Shown: positions 14,660 to 24,663, numbered from the stretch's first letter. The stretch is DNA of 64,000 nucleotides from an uncultured Nitrospirales bacterium (GCA_964569295.1 CAZMVU010000001.1:84559-148558), one strand, 5' to 3'. The notes: generated by a model not told the origin, from the letters alone. Numbers and translations: made by a program.

Positions 14660-16897
14660 GTGCCGGAAAATGGCAAGAAGACGTCCCCACCCCGGGACGG
14701 CGCAACCACGAACGGAACCGACATGCGCGTTTTAGTTACTGGCGGCGGGGGCTATTTGGGATGCCAACTCAGCCGGCAATTGTTGGAAGCAGGCCATGCG
14801 GTGCGCGTGTTCGACCGGTTCTGTTTCGATCCCGAAGCCGTGAAGGCGGTGCGCAACCACCCGAACTGCGAAGTGGTCACAGGCGATGTGCGCCGCCTGC
14901 AAGAAGCGCCCGCCCTGCTCGATGGCATCGATGCCGTCGCGCACCTGGCCAGCTTGTCGAACGATCCCTCGTGCGCCCTCAACGAAGATATGGCGCACGA
15001 TGTCAACGTCGAGAGCAGCATCGAGTTGGCGCGCCAAGCGGCGCAACACAGCATTGACCGGTTTGTATTCGCCTCATCGTGCAATGTCTACGGCCGCGGC
15101 GTGATCGACTTCCTCGACGAAGAAAGCCCCGTGCACCCCGTCTCGCCATTCGGCGTAAGCAAACACGCCGCCGAGTCAGTCCTGCTCGACATGGCCGGCG
15201 GCGGCTTTGAGCCGGTCATTGCGCGCACGGCCACCATGTACGGCGTCTCCCCGCGTATGCGCTTCGACCTTGCCGTCAACCAGATGGTCGCCCGTGCCAC
15301 GCGCCTCGGCCGTATCGAGGTACGCGGTGGGGGGCGGCAGTGGCGTCCTTTTGTACACGTGCAAGATGCGGCGCGCGCGTTCGTGCACCTCTTGACCGCC
15401 CCCAGCGCCGCCGTGGCCGGCGAGGTGTTCAACATCGGGTCCGATGAGCAGAACTGGCAGATTTTCGAGTTGGCAGCCTATGTGGCGAAAGCGGCCGGGG
15501 ATGTGGCGGTCGACACGCCCGTAGACGATGACGACCTGCGTAGTTACCGGGTGCGGTTTGGAAAAATCCGTGAGCGGCTGGGCTTTCAATGCGCCTTATC
15601 CATCGACGAGGGCATCGCCGAGGTGCGGCAATTTCTGGATCATTTTCAGGACGACCCCCTGAGCCCGGCTTACCTGAATGCCGAACGCATGAAGCAGTTG
15701 CTTGCCACGCCCGTGGACGAGGGCGGTGAACCGATATCTGCGCGCTTCATCGCATTGAGCAAACCGAATATAGGCATCGAAGAAGAGCAGGCGGTCCTGC
15801 ACGCCCTGCGCTCGGGGTGGCTTACCTCCGGGCCGCAGATTCCCGCATTCGAGAAAGCCTTCGCCGAAACGGTGACCGCCCCCCATGCCATCGCTGTATC
15901 CTCCTGCACCGCGGCACTGCACCTGGGGCTCGTAGCGCACGGCGTCGGTCCGGGGGACGAGGTTATCACCTCCCCCATCACCTGGGCATCGACCGGCAAC
16001 ACCATCCTCAACATGGGCGCCAAGGTTGTTTTCGCGGATATCGAGCCCGACACGCTGAATATGGATCCCGCCTCTCTCGATGCCGCCATTACCGATCGCA
16101 CCAAGGCCATCATGCCCGTGCACATGGCCGGGCACCCCTGCCGGCTCGACGCCATTCGCGCTATCGCGGACAAGCACGGCATTCCCGTGGTCGAAGACGC
16201 CGCCCATGCCCTCGGCGCCGCCTACAAGGGCACCCCCATCGGCGGCGGGGACGGCATGACCTGTTTCAGTTTCTACGCCATCAAGAATATCACTACGATG
16301 GAAGGCGGCATGATTACTCTCGCCGACCCCGGCCAGGTCGAAGCGTTGCGCGTGCTCGCGGCCAATGGCATGGCCGTTACCGCCTGGGACCGCTACAGCC
16401 GCAGCGCGGTGTCCGCGCCTCCCGAGGTTGTGGTGCCCGGTTTCAAATACACCCTCGGCAATGTGGGCGCCGCCATGGGACTCGAGCAACTCCGGAAGTT
16501 TCCGCACTTCAAAGCCGCCCGCCAGCGCCTCGCGGGGCTTTACCGCAATGTGCTCGCCGCTATCGATGAGATCGCCCTGCCCGCCGAAGAGCCGGACGTG
16601 GACCACGCATGGCACCTGTTCATCGTGCGCCTCCGGCGCGAACGCCTGCGCCTGGACCGGAACGAATTCGCCCATGCATTACGCCGCGAAAACATCGGCA
16701 CGGGCTGTCATTTCTATGGGCTGCACCTGCACGCCTACTACCGGGATAAGCTCCGTATGCGGCCGGAGGATCTCCCCCGCGCCACCCAGGCCTCACACGA
16801 AGTGCTGTCCCTGCCCCTGCATCCCAGCATGACCGAGCATGATGTACAAGCCACGGCAGCAGCCATAAAAAAAGTGATCGCACGCGCCCGGAAATAG
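14660..16897 (+). CDS. Bifunctional fusion: NAD-dependent sugar epimerase/dehydratase (extended SDR) + DegT/DnrJ/EryC1/StrS PLP-dependent aminotransferase
   Basis: N-terminal Rossmann 'VLVTGGGGYLG', SDR catalytic 'S..YGVSK'; C-terminal ~380 aa aminotransferase with 'SFYAIKNITTMEGG' PLP-lysine motif; alternative start at ATG 14723. Confidence 0.8.
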   Translation: MPENGKKTSPPRDGATTNGTDMRVLVTGGGGYLGCQLSRQLLEAGHAVRVFDRFCFDPEAVKAVRNHPNCEVVTGDVRRLQEAPALLDGIDAVAHLASLSNDPSCALNEDMAHDVNVESSIELARQAAQHSIDRFVFASSCNVYGRGVIDFLDEESPVHPVSPFGVSKHAAESVLLDMAGGGFEPVIARTATMYGVSPRMRFDLAVNQMVARATRLGRIEVRGGGRQWRPFVHVQDAARAFVHLLTAPSAAVAGEVFNIGSDEQNWQIFELAAYVAKAAGDVAVDTPVDDDDLRSYRVRFGKIRERLGFQCALSIDEGIAEVRQFLDHFQDDPLSPAYLNAERMKQLLATPVDEGGEPISARFIALSKPNIGIEEEQAVLHALRSGWLTSGPQIPAFEKAFAETVTAPHAIAVSSCTAALHLGLVAHGVGPGDEVITSPITWASTGNTILNMGAKVVFADIEPDTLNMDPASLDAAITDRTKAIMPVHMAGHPCRLDAIRAIADKHGIPVVEDAAHALGAAYKGTPIGGGDGMTCFSFYAIKNITTMEGGMITLADPGQVEALRVLAANGMAVTAWDRYSRSAVSAPPEVVVPGFKYTLGNVGAAMGLEQLRKFPHFKAARQRLAGLYRNVLAAIDEIALPAEEPDVDHAWHLFIVRLRRERLRLDRNEFAHALRRENIGTGCHFYGLHLHAYYRDKLRMRPEDLPRATQASHEVLSLPLHPSMTEHDVQATAAAIKKVIARARK

Positions 16898-17466
16898 TGC
16901 CTTACCCGCCAGCTCATGCAAAGAACAAGCGGGATTACAGCATCGCGCTGGGTTATGAAGACCTCACCGGCCACGACGATTTGCTGTGCGATGCGCACGT
17001 AGCGCGCCGCAGCGCCACCCCCATGTGCGAATGACCTGCGGTGCAGGTCAAGCCGGCGCGATAAGAGCATGGGGTACGGGGGGTGTGTCTGCTCAGCGCA
17101 AAAGCCAAGCCCGAGTCCCTCCCATCGACACTCTTGACCGCAATTCCTGGCGAAACGAGCGAAACCACGAGAGCGGTGAGATATCCGGGCTAAAGGCGAG
17201 GCAATAGGCCTGGCGCGGGCCATACGGCTGAAGTGCATTGCGTTTATTCGTCGTTTGACGTTTTTACGCGGTTGGGGTTGCGCACACCGTTTGCACGGCC
17301 TGTGGCGGCACGGCTATAATCCCGAGATTCCACGCAAAATCTGACGCGGCCAAGGCTTACCCGTGCAAGGCATGCGTGTGAAGGCGCATGGCGCCTGGAA
17401 GAAAAACGTTGGGCCGGCACGGCCCGTGGATCGGAACCAACCCCCAACCTGGGAGATGATAAGCAT

Positions 17467-18477
17467 ATGATACGCGTAGGTATGGTCGGCGCATTGGGAT
17501 ACGGCGGCCGCGAGTTCATGCGCCTGCTCATGGGCCACCCGCAGGCGGAACTTGTAGCGGCGGTCGAGGTCGAAGGCGGCAAACGCCTGGACGAACTGTT
17601 GCCGGCGTTTCGTAAGATGACCGACATCACGCTCGAGACCTTCGATGCGCCATCCCTGGCAAAACGGTGCGATGTGGTCTTTATCGCAGTTCCAGGCACC
17701 TTGAGCATGGAGCTGGGTGCGAAGCTGCGTAAGGCCGGCGCGCGCGTCATGGATCTTGGTTCGGACTTCCGCATCAAGAATCCCGCCCACTACCAGCAAT
17801 ACTATAAGGCAGCGCTCAAGTACCCGAACCTCGCCAATGAGGCCACCTACGGGCATGTGCCGTTCTACCGCGAACAATTGCGGGCGGCGGCGCTCGTGGC
17901 GGTGCCCGGGTGCTTCCCGATCAGCGTGCTCACCCCGCTACGTCCGATTGTCGAGGCGGCCCAACCGGAGACACCGGTCGTCATCAACTCGGTGACGGGC
18001 GTTTCGGGCGGTGGCCGGGCGCCGAACGACATCTTCCATTTCCCGGCGATGAATGAAAACATCAAGGCCTACAAGATCGGCGTGCACCAGCACACACCGG
18101 AAATCGAGCAGGAGATCGGCGGGCATTGCCAGGTCCAGTTCACACCGCACGTAGCACCGATCACCCGCGGTATTATCTCGACCATCGTGGTGCGCCCGTC
18201 GAAAAAGGTTGACCCGGCCGCGCTGTACGCCATCTATGAAAATGAGCCCTTTGTGCGCGTGCTGCCGGAGGGCCTTGTGCCTGACATCAACAATGTGCGC
18301 GCCTCGAATTTCTGCGATGTGGGCTATGTTACGGATGATCGTACAGGGAACCTCGTACTTGTGGGCGTGGTGGACAATCTTACAGGCGGAACGGCGGGCA
18401 TGGGTATTCAATGCATGAATGTGGCCTTCGGTCTCGACGAACGTACCGGGCTCATGTTCCCTGGGATGGCGCCATGA
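17467..18477 (+). CDS. argC: N-acetyl-gamma-glutamyl-phosphate reductase
   Basis: ArgC signature: N-terminal NAD-binding 'VGALGYGG', active-site Cys region 'AVPGCFPIS'. Confidence 0.93.
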   Translation: MIRVGMVGALGYGGREFMRLLMGHPQAELVAAVEVEGGKRLDELLPAFRKMTDITLETFDAPSLAKRCDVVFIAVPGTLSMELGAKLRKAGARVMDLGSDFRIKNPAHYQQYYKAALKYPNLANEATYGHVPFYREQLRAAALVAVPGCFPISVLTPLRPIVEAAQPETPVVINSVTGVSGGGRAPNDIFHFPAMNENIKAYKIGVHQHTPEIEQEIGGHCQVQFTPHVAPITRGIISTIVVRPSKKVDPAALYAIYENEPFVRVLPEGLVPDINNVRASNFCDVGYVTDDRTGNLVLVGVVDNLTGGTAGMGIQCMNVAFGLDERTGLMFPGMAP

Positions 18478-19682
18478 ATATCACCGGCGGCGGTGTGTGT
18501 GCACCGGCGGGGTTCTCCGCGGCGGGCGCGGCGGCGGGCATCAAGAATCCGGACAAGCCACGGTTGGACTGTGCGCTTATCGCGAGCGAAGCGCCCTGTG
18601 TGGCCACTGGCGTCTTCACCACGAACCAGGTCAAAGCTGCGCCGGTCATATGGGACGAACATGTCTGCGCGCGTGGTACCGCACGGGCGCTGTTCGCCAA
18701 CAGCGGCAACGCCAACGCATGCACCGGGGAACAAGGTGTCAACGACGTGCATGACACTGCGGCGCGCGTGGCGCAGCAACTTGGCCTGCAACCCGATGAG
18801 GTGCTCATTGCAAGCACGGGGGTTATCGGCGTTCCACTGCCCATGGCGCGCCTGATCCAGGGCGTAGACGATACCGCCGCTGCCCTCTCTACTTCGGGCG
18901 GTGATGATGCGGCGCACGCCATTATGACCACGGACACCGTGCCAAAGACAATGGCCTGCACGCTGAAACTAGGCGGCGTGGAAGCGCGCATCGGGGCGAT
19001 GGCCAAGGGCGCTGGCATGATTGCGCCGAATATGGCGACCATGCTGTGCTTCATCACCACCGATGCCGCTATTGGCCGTGACGACTTGCGCAATCTCGTG
19101 CGCGCGTGCGTGGACCGCAGTTTCAACCGCATTTGCGTAGACAATGACATGAGCACCAACGACACGGTGCTCTGTCTCGCGAACGGCCGCGCAGGCAATG
19201 CCCCGCTCGTCCCGGCCACGCCGGAATACGAGCAGTTCTCCCGGGCCTTGGAGCACACCTGCGGCACATTGGCTGAAGCCCTTGTGCGCGACGGCGAAGG
19301 CGCGTCGAAACTGGTGATTATCGAGGTGACGGGGGCGGCTTCCGATGCCGATGCACGGGCCGTGGCGCGCAGCGTGGCGCACAGCCAATTGTGCAAGACA
19401 GCCTTTGCCGGCGAGGACCCGAATTGGGGGCGGATCGCGTGTGCGGTAGGCTATGCACCGGCCCAGGTAGATGCCGCCGTGCTCGATCTGTATCTCGGTG
19501 AGGTGCAGGTAGTCGCGGGCGGCACCCCAACCGCGTACCGTGAAGAAGACGCTGCGGCCCATATGCGTGAGAACGTGGTCCATGTGCGCGCACACCTCGG
19601 CCTCGGGGCGGGGGCCTGCACCTTCAAGACCACGGACCTCAGCCACGATTACGTGCGCATAAACGCGGATTACCGCACCTGA
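18474..19682 (+). CDS. argJ: Bifunctional glutamate N-acetyltransferase / amino-acid acetyltransferase
   Basis: ArgJ motifs ('ATMLCFITTDA', autoproteolysis Thr region); ATGA overlap with argC; start at Met 'MNITGGG'. Confidence 0.93.
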   Translation: MNITGGGVCAPAGFSAAGAAAGIKNPDKPRLDCALIASEAPCVATGVFTTNQVKAAPVIWDEHVCARGTARALFANSGNANACTGEQGVNDVHDTAARVAQQLGLQPDEVLIASTGVIGVPLPMARLIQGVDDTAAALSTSGGDDAAHAIMTTDTVPKTMACTLKLGGVEARIGAMAKGAGMIAPNMATMLCFITTDAAIGRDDLRNLVRACVDRSFNRICVDNDMSTNDTVLCLANGRAGNAPLVPATPEYEQFSRALEHTCGTLAEALVRDGEGASKLVIIEVTGAASDADARAVARSVAHSQLCKTAFAGEDPNWGRIACAVGYAPAQVDAAVLDLYLGEVQVVAGGTPTAYREEDAAAHMRENVVHVRAHLGLGAGACTFKTTDLSHDYVRINADYRT

Positions 19683-19702
19683 CCGGCGGGGGAGCGTTCC
19701 GT

Positions 19703-20566
19703 ATGCAAGAATACATCGACAAGGCCAATGTCCTCATTGAGGCGCTCCCCTACATGCGGGAGTTCCAGGGAAAGACAGTGGTCATCAAGTATGGCGGCGC
19801 CGCCATGATAGACCCTGCTTTGCGCCGTTCGGTCGCCCAGGACATCGTGCTGATGAAGTATGTGGGCATTCAGCCGGTGGTTGTACATGGCGGGGGGCCG
19901 GAAATCACGAAGATGCTCGACCGCCTCGCGCTGAAGAGCCTGTTTAACCAGGGGTTACGGGTCACCGACGATGCGGCCATGGAAGTGGTCGAGATGGTGC
20001 TGGTAGGCCGGGTGAACAAGGAAATCGTGAGTCTGCTCAACCACAGCGGCGCTGATGCGGTCGGGCTTTCCGGCAAAGACGGCAACCTCCTTCTCGCGAA
20101 CAGGATGGTGCTTGATGACGGGTCGGACCTCGGCCATGTGGGCGAGGTCTCGGGCGTACACCAGAATGTGGTAGATGTGCTGTGCAAGGCGGGTTTCGTG
20201 CCCGTGGTCGCGCCGGTTGCGACGGACGTCGAGGGCGGCACCTGGAATGTAAACGCGGACAGTGTGGCCGGTGAGGTGGCCGCGGCGCTCCACGCCGAGA
20301 AGCTCGTTTTCCTCACCGACATGCCCGGTCTCTTGCGCGACAAGGACAACCCGGAATCGCTGATTCGCCAGGTGCGCTCGGGTGATGTGTATGACATGCG
20401 GCGCGAAGGGGTGATCGCAGGCGGTATGATTCCGAAAATCGAAGCGTGTCTAAAGGCACTCGACGCCGGCGTGCGGAAAACGCACGTCATCGACGGGCGC
20501 ATCTCGCACAGCCTGCTCATCGAGTTGTTCACGAACCGGGGCCTGGGCACGCTGGTCAGTCATTAA
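19703..20566 (+). CDS. argB: Acetylglutamate kinase
   Basis: AAK-family 'VVIKYGGAAM', 'VVHGGGPEI'. Confidence 0.93.
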   Translation: MQEYIDKANVLIEALPYMREFQGKTVVIKYGGAAMIDPALRRSVAQDIVLMKYVGIQPVVVHGGGPEITKMLDRLALKSLFNQGLRVTDDAAMEVVEMVLVGRVNKEIVSLLNHSGADAVGLSGKDGNLLLANRMVLDDGSDLGHVGEVSGVHQNVVDVLCKAGFVPVVAPVATDVEGGTWNVNADSVAGEVAAALHAEKLVFLTDMPGLLRDKDNPESLIRQVRSGDVYDMRREGVIAGGMIPKIEACLKALDAGVRKTHVIDGRISHSLLIELFTNRGLGTLVSH

Positions 20567-20608
20567 GCTATAATACACGCCGTCCGGCCCGCCTCCCGGT
20601 AGACGGCG

Positions 20609-21271
20609 GTGCGCATCGAAAAGGGAATTTCAGCCATGTCATTGTTTCCATTCGAGATTATCTGGGAAGGCGGCATACTTATGTGGCCGATCCTGGCGTG
20701 TTCGGTGGTGGCGCTCGCCATTACCATTGAGCGGTTCATCGTTTTGCGCCGGGCCAGCATCGACACGCGTGAGTTTATGGACACCATGCGCCAGGTGCTA
20801 CGCCAGAACCGGATGCAGGAAGCTGTCGAGATATGCGATGAGAGGGATGCGCCGGTAGCCCGCATCATGAAGGCGGGTATTCTCAAGCACAACCGGTCGA
20901 AACAGGATATCCGGGAAGCGATCGAGGACGCGGGCCACCTCGAGATTCCCCGGCTCGAGCGCTACCTCTCCGCGCTGGCAACCACGGCCAATATCGCCCC
21001 GCTGCTGGGCCTGCTGGGCACCGTAGCGGGCATGATCACCGCCTTCGCGGAAATCCAACACAAGGAAGGCCAGGTGAATCCTTCCGATCTCGCGGGCGGC
21101 ATCAATAATGCCCTGGTCAGCACGGCCGCCGGGCTCACCGTGGCCATTCCCACGCTGGTGGTGTACAACTACTTCGTCGGACGTGTGGAGAACATGGTGC
21201 TCGAGATGGAAATCAGCTCGTCCGAATTGGTTGATCTGCTCACCCGCCACAAGGGCGAGCGCGAGATCTAA
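20609..21271 (+). CDS. MotA/TolQ/ExbB proton-channel family protein
   Basis: Three TM helices, conserved 'GLLGTVAGMI' motif; probable start at Met 'MSLFPFE' (20636). Confidence 0.8.
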   Translation: MRIEKGISAMSLFPFEIIWEGGILMWPILACSVVALAITIERFIVLRRASIDTREFMDTMRQVLRQNRMQEAVEICDERDAPVARIMKAGILKHNRSKQDIREAIEDAGHLEIPRLERYLSALATTANIAPLLGLLGTVAGMITAFAEIQHKEGQVNPSDLAGGINNALVSTAAGLTVAIPTLVVYNYFVGRVENMVLEMEISSSELVDLLTRHKGEREI

Positions 21272-21277
21272 CGCCCC

Positions 21278-21745
21278 ATGAAATTCAAACGCAGCGATAA
21301 ATACAAGGTCCGGGCCAACGTCGATCTGACGCCGTTGATCGACGTGGTGTTCCAGTTGCTCATCTTCTTCATGCTCTCCGCCACGTTCGTCGTGCAGACT
21401 TCCGTGCAGGTCGAGCTGCCCCAGGCCGAGGGCGTGCGCGAGCTCGAGCGCAAGGACATCTCGATAACGCTTACCCATCCCCAGCAAGATGAGAGGGGAC
21501 AGCCGGTGCGTGAAGGTTTGGATAATCAGGGGCGTATCTTTGTGAACGACGAGGAAATTCAGAACTGGGCGCAACTTTCGCGGGTTCTGAGCGAATATTA
21601 CCTGCAAGACCCCGAGGCCTTGGTGCTGATTCGTCCCGATACGCACGTGGCCACCGGGCGCCTGGTGCGCGTGCTCGGCGTGGCCAACAGTGTCGGCATC
21701 ACCCGCTATGCCATTGCCGCACGCTCGCCCGAGGAGGGCGGTTGA
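21278..21745 (+). CDS. ExbD/TolR biopolymer-transport protein
   Basis: 'DLTPLIDVVFQLLIFFM' N-terminal TM signature. Confidence 0.85.
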   Translation: MKFKRSDKYKVRANVDLTPLIDVVFQLLIFFMLSATFVVQTSVQVELPQAEGVRELERKDISITLTHPQQDERGQPVREGLDNQGRIFVNDEEIQNWAQLSRVLSEYYLQDPEALVLIRPDTHVATGRLVRVLGVANSVGITRYAIAARSPEEGG

Positions 21746-22514
21746 TGTGCGGGGCCGCCGGCACAACCGGGTGCTGCTCGCGGCCCTTGCGGTCTCGGCG
21801 CTATTTCATCTTTCCGCGGTAACCGTCTTCCGCATCGTTATCTATTTCCCGCGCGAAGAGGTCGAGTACGTGCGTTTCCAGCTCGTCCAAGCCGCCCCGT
21901 CTGCCCCCGCCGCAGACGCAACGGCCGGCCGTGCCTTTCCCGGCGAAAGCCCGCCGCCGCGCCTGGCGAACATTGATCTGCCCACACTCGAGTTCGCCGA
22001 GCTGCAACGCCTGCGCATGCGGCAAGAGGGGATGCTCTCGGACGAGTTGCGCCGTGAAATTCTCGGTGAAGAGCCCGATGATTCATGGCGCAGCTTCGGC
22101 AAGCAGCTCGGGCGGTTGCGCCAATCCCTCACGCGCCTTTCGTTGTCTCAAGGCGATCCTGCGCCCCTGGACGAACCACGACGCACACCGGCACTCCGGC
22201 CGGCCGAAGGCTACACGGCCTACCTCGAGTGGGACAGCGCGCCCGAGGACCGTCAGCTATTGTTCGCGCCGCCCATCAAAGCCTTGTGGCAGGCAGATCC
22301 AGACACGCTCGATTTGCCCTTGAGCATCGTTATCGAGGTGACCCCCCTGGGCCGGGTGGTCAATGTGTGGAGTTCGACGGTGGATTCCTCGGGGGTGATC
22401 GATGAAATTCAACTGGCCATTCTCAAGTACAAATTCGAGCCGCTGGCCTCGCCCGAACAGGCCGCCAACCAACTTGGCACATTGCGCATCGAGCAGGCGG
22501 AGGATGGCTCATGA
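21690..22514 (+). CDS. TonB-like (or TolA-like) energy-transducer candidate
   Basis: Single N-terminal TM 'LLAALAVSALFHLSAVTVF', Pro/Ala-rich linker, C-terminal mixed alpha/beta domain; likely real start is GTG ~21747 right after the exbD stop. Confidence 0.45.
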   Translation: MSASPAMPLPHARPRRAVDVRGRRHNRVLLAALAVSALFHLSAVTVFRIVIYFPREEVEYVRFQLVQAAPSAPAADATAGRAFPGESPPPRLANIDLPTLEFAELQRLRMRQEGMLSDELRREILGEEPDDSWRSFGKQLGRLRQSLTRLSLSQGDPAPLDEPRRTPALRPAEGYTAYLEWDSAPEDRQLLFAPPIKALWQADPDTLDLPLSIVIEVTPLGRVVNVWSSTVDSSGVIDEIQLAILKYKFEPLASPEQAANQLGTLRIEQAEDGS

Positions 22515-22885
22515 TAACCATCACGCTCTCCCAGGCCCTCGCACTTTATGCGGCCGTCATCGGGATAGGAGCCATCTTCATCTATGCCTATACCGGGCTC
22601 ACCGTTCAGCGGCGGCTGGTACGAATAGAGCGCCAGCACCTGTGGCGCTGTGTCTTCTGTACCTACACCTATCTCGATGAAACCGCTGAGGCCATTTCCA
22701 AATGTCCGCGGTGCGGCAGCTTCAACAGTCTCGAAGACCACCAGGCGAAGTTCGTGCCTTCCGGTCCCCACGCCAAGGACATGGCACATCCCGTGCCCTC
22801 CGGTTTTGAAGAAACGCCCCGCCGTAATCCATCGAAGGGGAAACGCTCTGGGAAACGCCGCGGACCGCGCCGCCGCAGCCGGTAA
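22511..22885 (+). CDS. Small membrane protein with C4 zinc-ribbon and basic C-terminal tail
   Basis: TM helix 'LALYAAVIGIGAIFIYAY', 'CVFC...CPRCG' pairs, 'KGKRSGKRRGPRRRSR' tail; ATGA overlap with the TonB-like gene. Confidence 0.4.
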   Translation: MITITLSQALALYAAVIGIGAIFIYAYTGLTVQRRLVRIERQHLWRCVFCTYTYLDETAEAISKCPRCGSFNSLEDHQAKFVPSGPHAKDMAHPVPSGFEETPRRNPSKGKRSGKRRGPRRRSR

Positions 22886-23085
22886 AGGCACAAGGTGGAT
22901 CCCGCGGCCTAAAGTCAACAGCCCTACAGCAGACACTCGTCCTTTCATGATGTTTATGTCATTTCTGGAGCCGGTGGCGCGCGGTGCGACTTCCGTGCAC
23001 TGGGACCCGTCTTTAGTGTACAACAAAGGGCGGCAATTTGATGCAGCAACCATGGTGATCACACCACAACCGAAGGAGAAGTAGT

Positions 23086-23889
23086 ATGAAAACCCGCAAC
23101 ATTATCCTGTTTTTGAGCCTGGCACTTGTACTGGGGGGCCTGCCCGCCTTTGCGCAGCTTGGCGCGGACGCCGCCAAGGACGCCGCCAAGGACGCCGCCA
23201 AGGACGCCGCCAAGGACGCCGCCAAGGACGCCGCTAAGGACGCCGCCAAGGACGCCGCCAAGGACGCCGCCAAGGAGGCGATGGGCAAAGATGAAGATGG
23301 CTGGGTTGATCTGTTCAACGGGGAAGACCTGGATGGCTGGGAGCAGCACGGCGGCGAAGCCACCTACAAGGTGGATGACGGTGCCATCGTGGGTACGTCG
23401 GCGCCGAACACGTCGAATACCTTCCTGTGCACGACGAAAGAATTCGGCGACTTCATCCTCGAATTCGAGTTCCTGGCGCATCCCTCGCTCAATTCAGGGG
23501 TGCAATTCCGCAGCCATGTGCGTGCCGATGATCGCGTATTCGGTTATCAGAATGAGTTGGAAGATGAAAACAAGGACCGCGACTGGTGGTGCGGCATCTA
23601 CGATGAGGCGCGCCGCGGCTGGATTTATCCTCCCAAGGATGACGAGGAACTCGGTGAGAAGTTCGGGGCGGAAGGCAAGCGTCTTTGGAAGAACGGCGAG
23701 TGGAACACGGTCCGTATTCACTGTGAAGGTGACCACATCCGCACCTACCTCAATGGTGAATTGCGGACCGATTTCCATGACAAGATGGACGCGGAAGGCC
23801 TGATCGGCTTGCAGGTGCATGGCGTGGGCGACCGCGAGACGCCAATGTCGGTGCGCTGGCGCAATCTGCGAATCAAAGAATTGGACTGA
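23086..23889 (+). CDS. Secreted DUF1080-family (3-keto-disaccharide-hydrolase / LamG-like jelly-roll) protein with a (DAAK)9 repeat linker
   Basis: Signal peptide; 'DGWEQHGG...YKVDDGAIVG' and 'NSGVQFR' DUF1080 hallmarks. Confidence 0.7.
   Translation: MKTRNIILFLSLALVLGGLPAFAQLGADAAKDAAKDAAKDAAKDAAKDAAKDAAKDAAKDAAKEAMGKDEDGWVDLFNGEDLDGWEQHGGEATYKVDDGAIVGTSAPNTSNTFLCTTKEFGDFILEFEFLAHPSLNSGVQFRSHVRADDRVFGYQNELEDENKDRDWWCGIYDEARRGWIYPPKDDEELGEKFGAEGKRLWKNGEWNTVRIHCEGDHIRTYLNGELRTDFHDKMDAEGLIGLQVHGVGDRETPMSVRWRNLRIKELD
23167..23274 (+). repeat. 9 x 12-bp perfect tandem repeat (GACGCCGCCAAG) encoding (DAAK)9
   Basis: Read directly from the sequence; one silent variant (GCT) in copy 6. Confidence 0.9.
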
Positions 23890-23911
23890 GCAAGACAACC
23901 CACACGCAGTG

Positions 23912-23939
23912 CCGGGTGGGATGCGCGCATCCTGCCCGG
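23912..23939. terminator. Bidirectional GC-rich hairpin between convergent genes (DUF1080 gene / tetR)
   Basis: Near-perfect 13-bp palindrome 'CCGGGTGGGATGCGC|GCATCCTGCCCGG'. Confidence 0.45.
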
Positions 23940-24015
23940 CGCCTGCCGGTTGAATCAGGCGTGGCCGGCGGAGCGGGGACACAATCAGGGTTGCACCGGT
24001 TCAATGGGAGCTTGC

Positions 24016-24663
24016 TCAGCCTGAATACGGGCTGCGCAGGTGGGTGACGGGCTCTTCGCGGTAGTGCGCCCCGGCCAGAAAGATATCGACCAGGGCATGC
24101 GCCATATCAGGACTGAGCCGCATTTCGGGGCGGTTCGACTTGGCCATGATATGCATCTCCATGATGCCAATGAATACGAGTGCCATACCCTGTGGATCGC
24201 CGCCGGAGAGTTGCTTATCCCGCAAACCTTCGCGCATGACCTCCTCGACCAGCTTGAACCGCTTGCGGCCCAGTTTGTTACGGTCGAGCGGCGGTCCCTG
24301 CGACGGCGGCGCGAAGAACACTTGCAAGATAAGCTGGACCACCTCGAACTCTTCTTCCGCCTGGTGGAAGGCCTCGAGCATGATGCCCGTCAAACGTTCA
24401 CGCGCCCCCGTTACCGAGTCGATAATATGGCGCAATCGGCCCACGTAGTCGGTAAATTTCATCTCGACGAGACGGCGAAAGAGATCCTCTTTATTCTCGA
24501 AATAATAGTAGAGCACGGGGCGGGTGACGCCGGCGCTCTCGATTATTTCGCGAATGCTGGTGCCTTCATACCCTTTTTCGGCAAACAGGCGTAAAGCACT
24601 CTCGAGGAGTTTGGTCTCGGCCACGTTGGGCGAGCTATCAGAACGAGACACGGCACGCGCCAT
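24016..24663 (-). CDS. TetR/AcrR-family transcriptional regulator
   Basis: N-terminal HTH 'LRLFAEKGYEGTSIREIIESAGVTRPVLYYYFENKEDLF'. Confidence 0.85.
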   Translation of the reverse strand: MARAVSRSDSSPNVAETKLLESALRLFAEKGYEGTSIREIIESAGVTRPVLYYYFENKEDLFRRLVEMKFTDYVGRLRHIIDSVTGARERLTGIMLEAFHQAEEEFEVVQLILQVFFAPPSQGPPLDRNKLGRKRFKLVEEVMREGLRDKQLSGGDPQGMALVFIGIMEMHIMAKSNRPEMRLSPDMAHALVDIFLAGAHYREEPVTHLRSPYSG

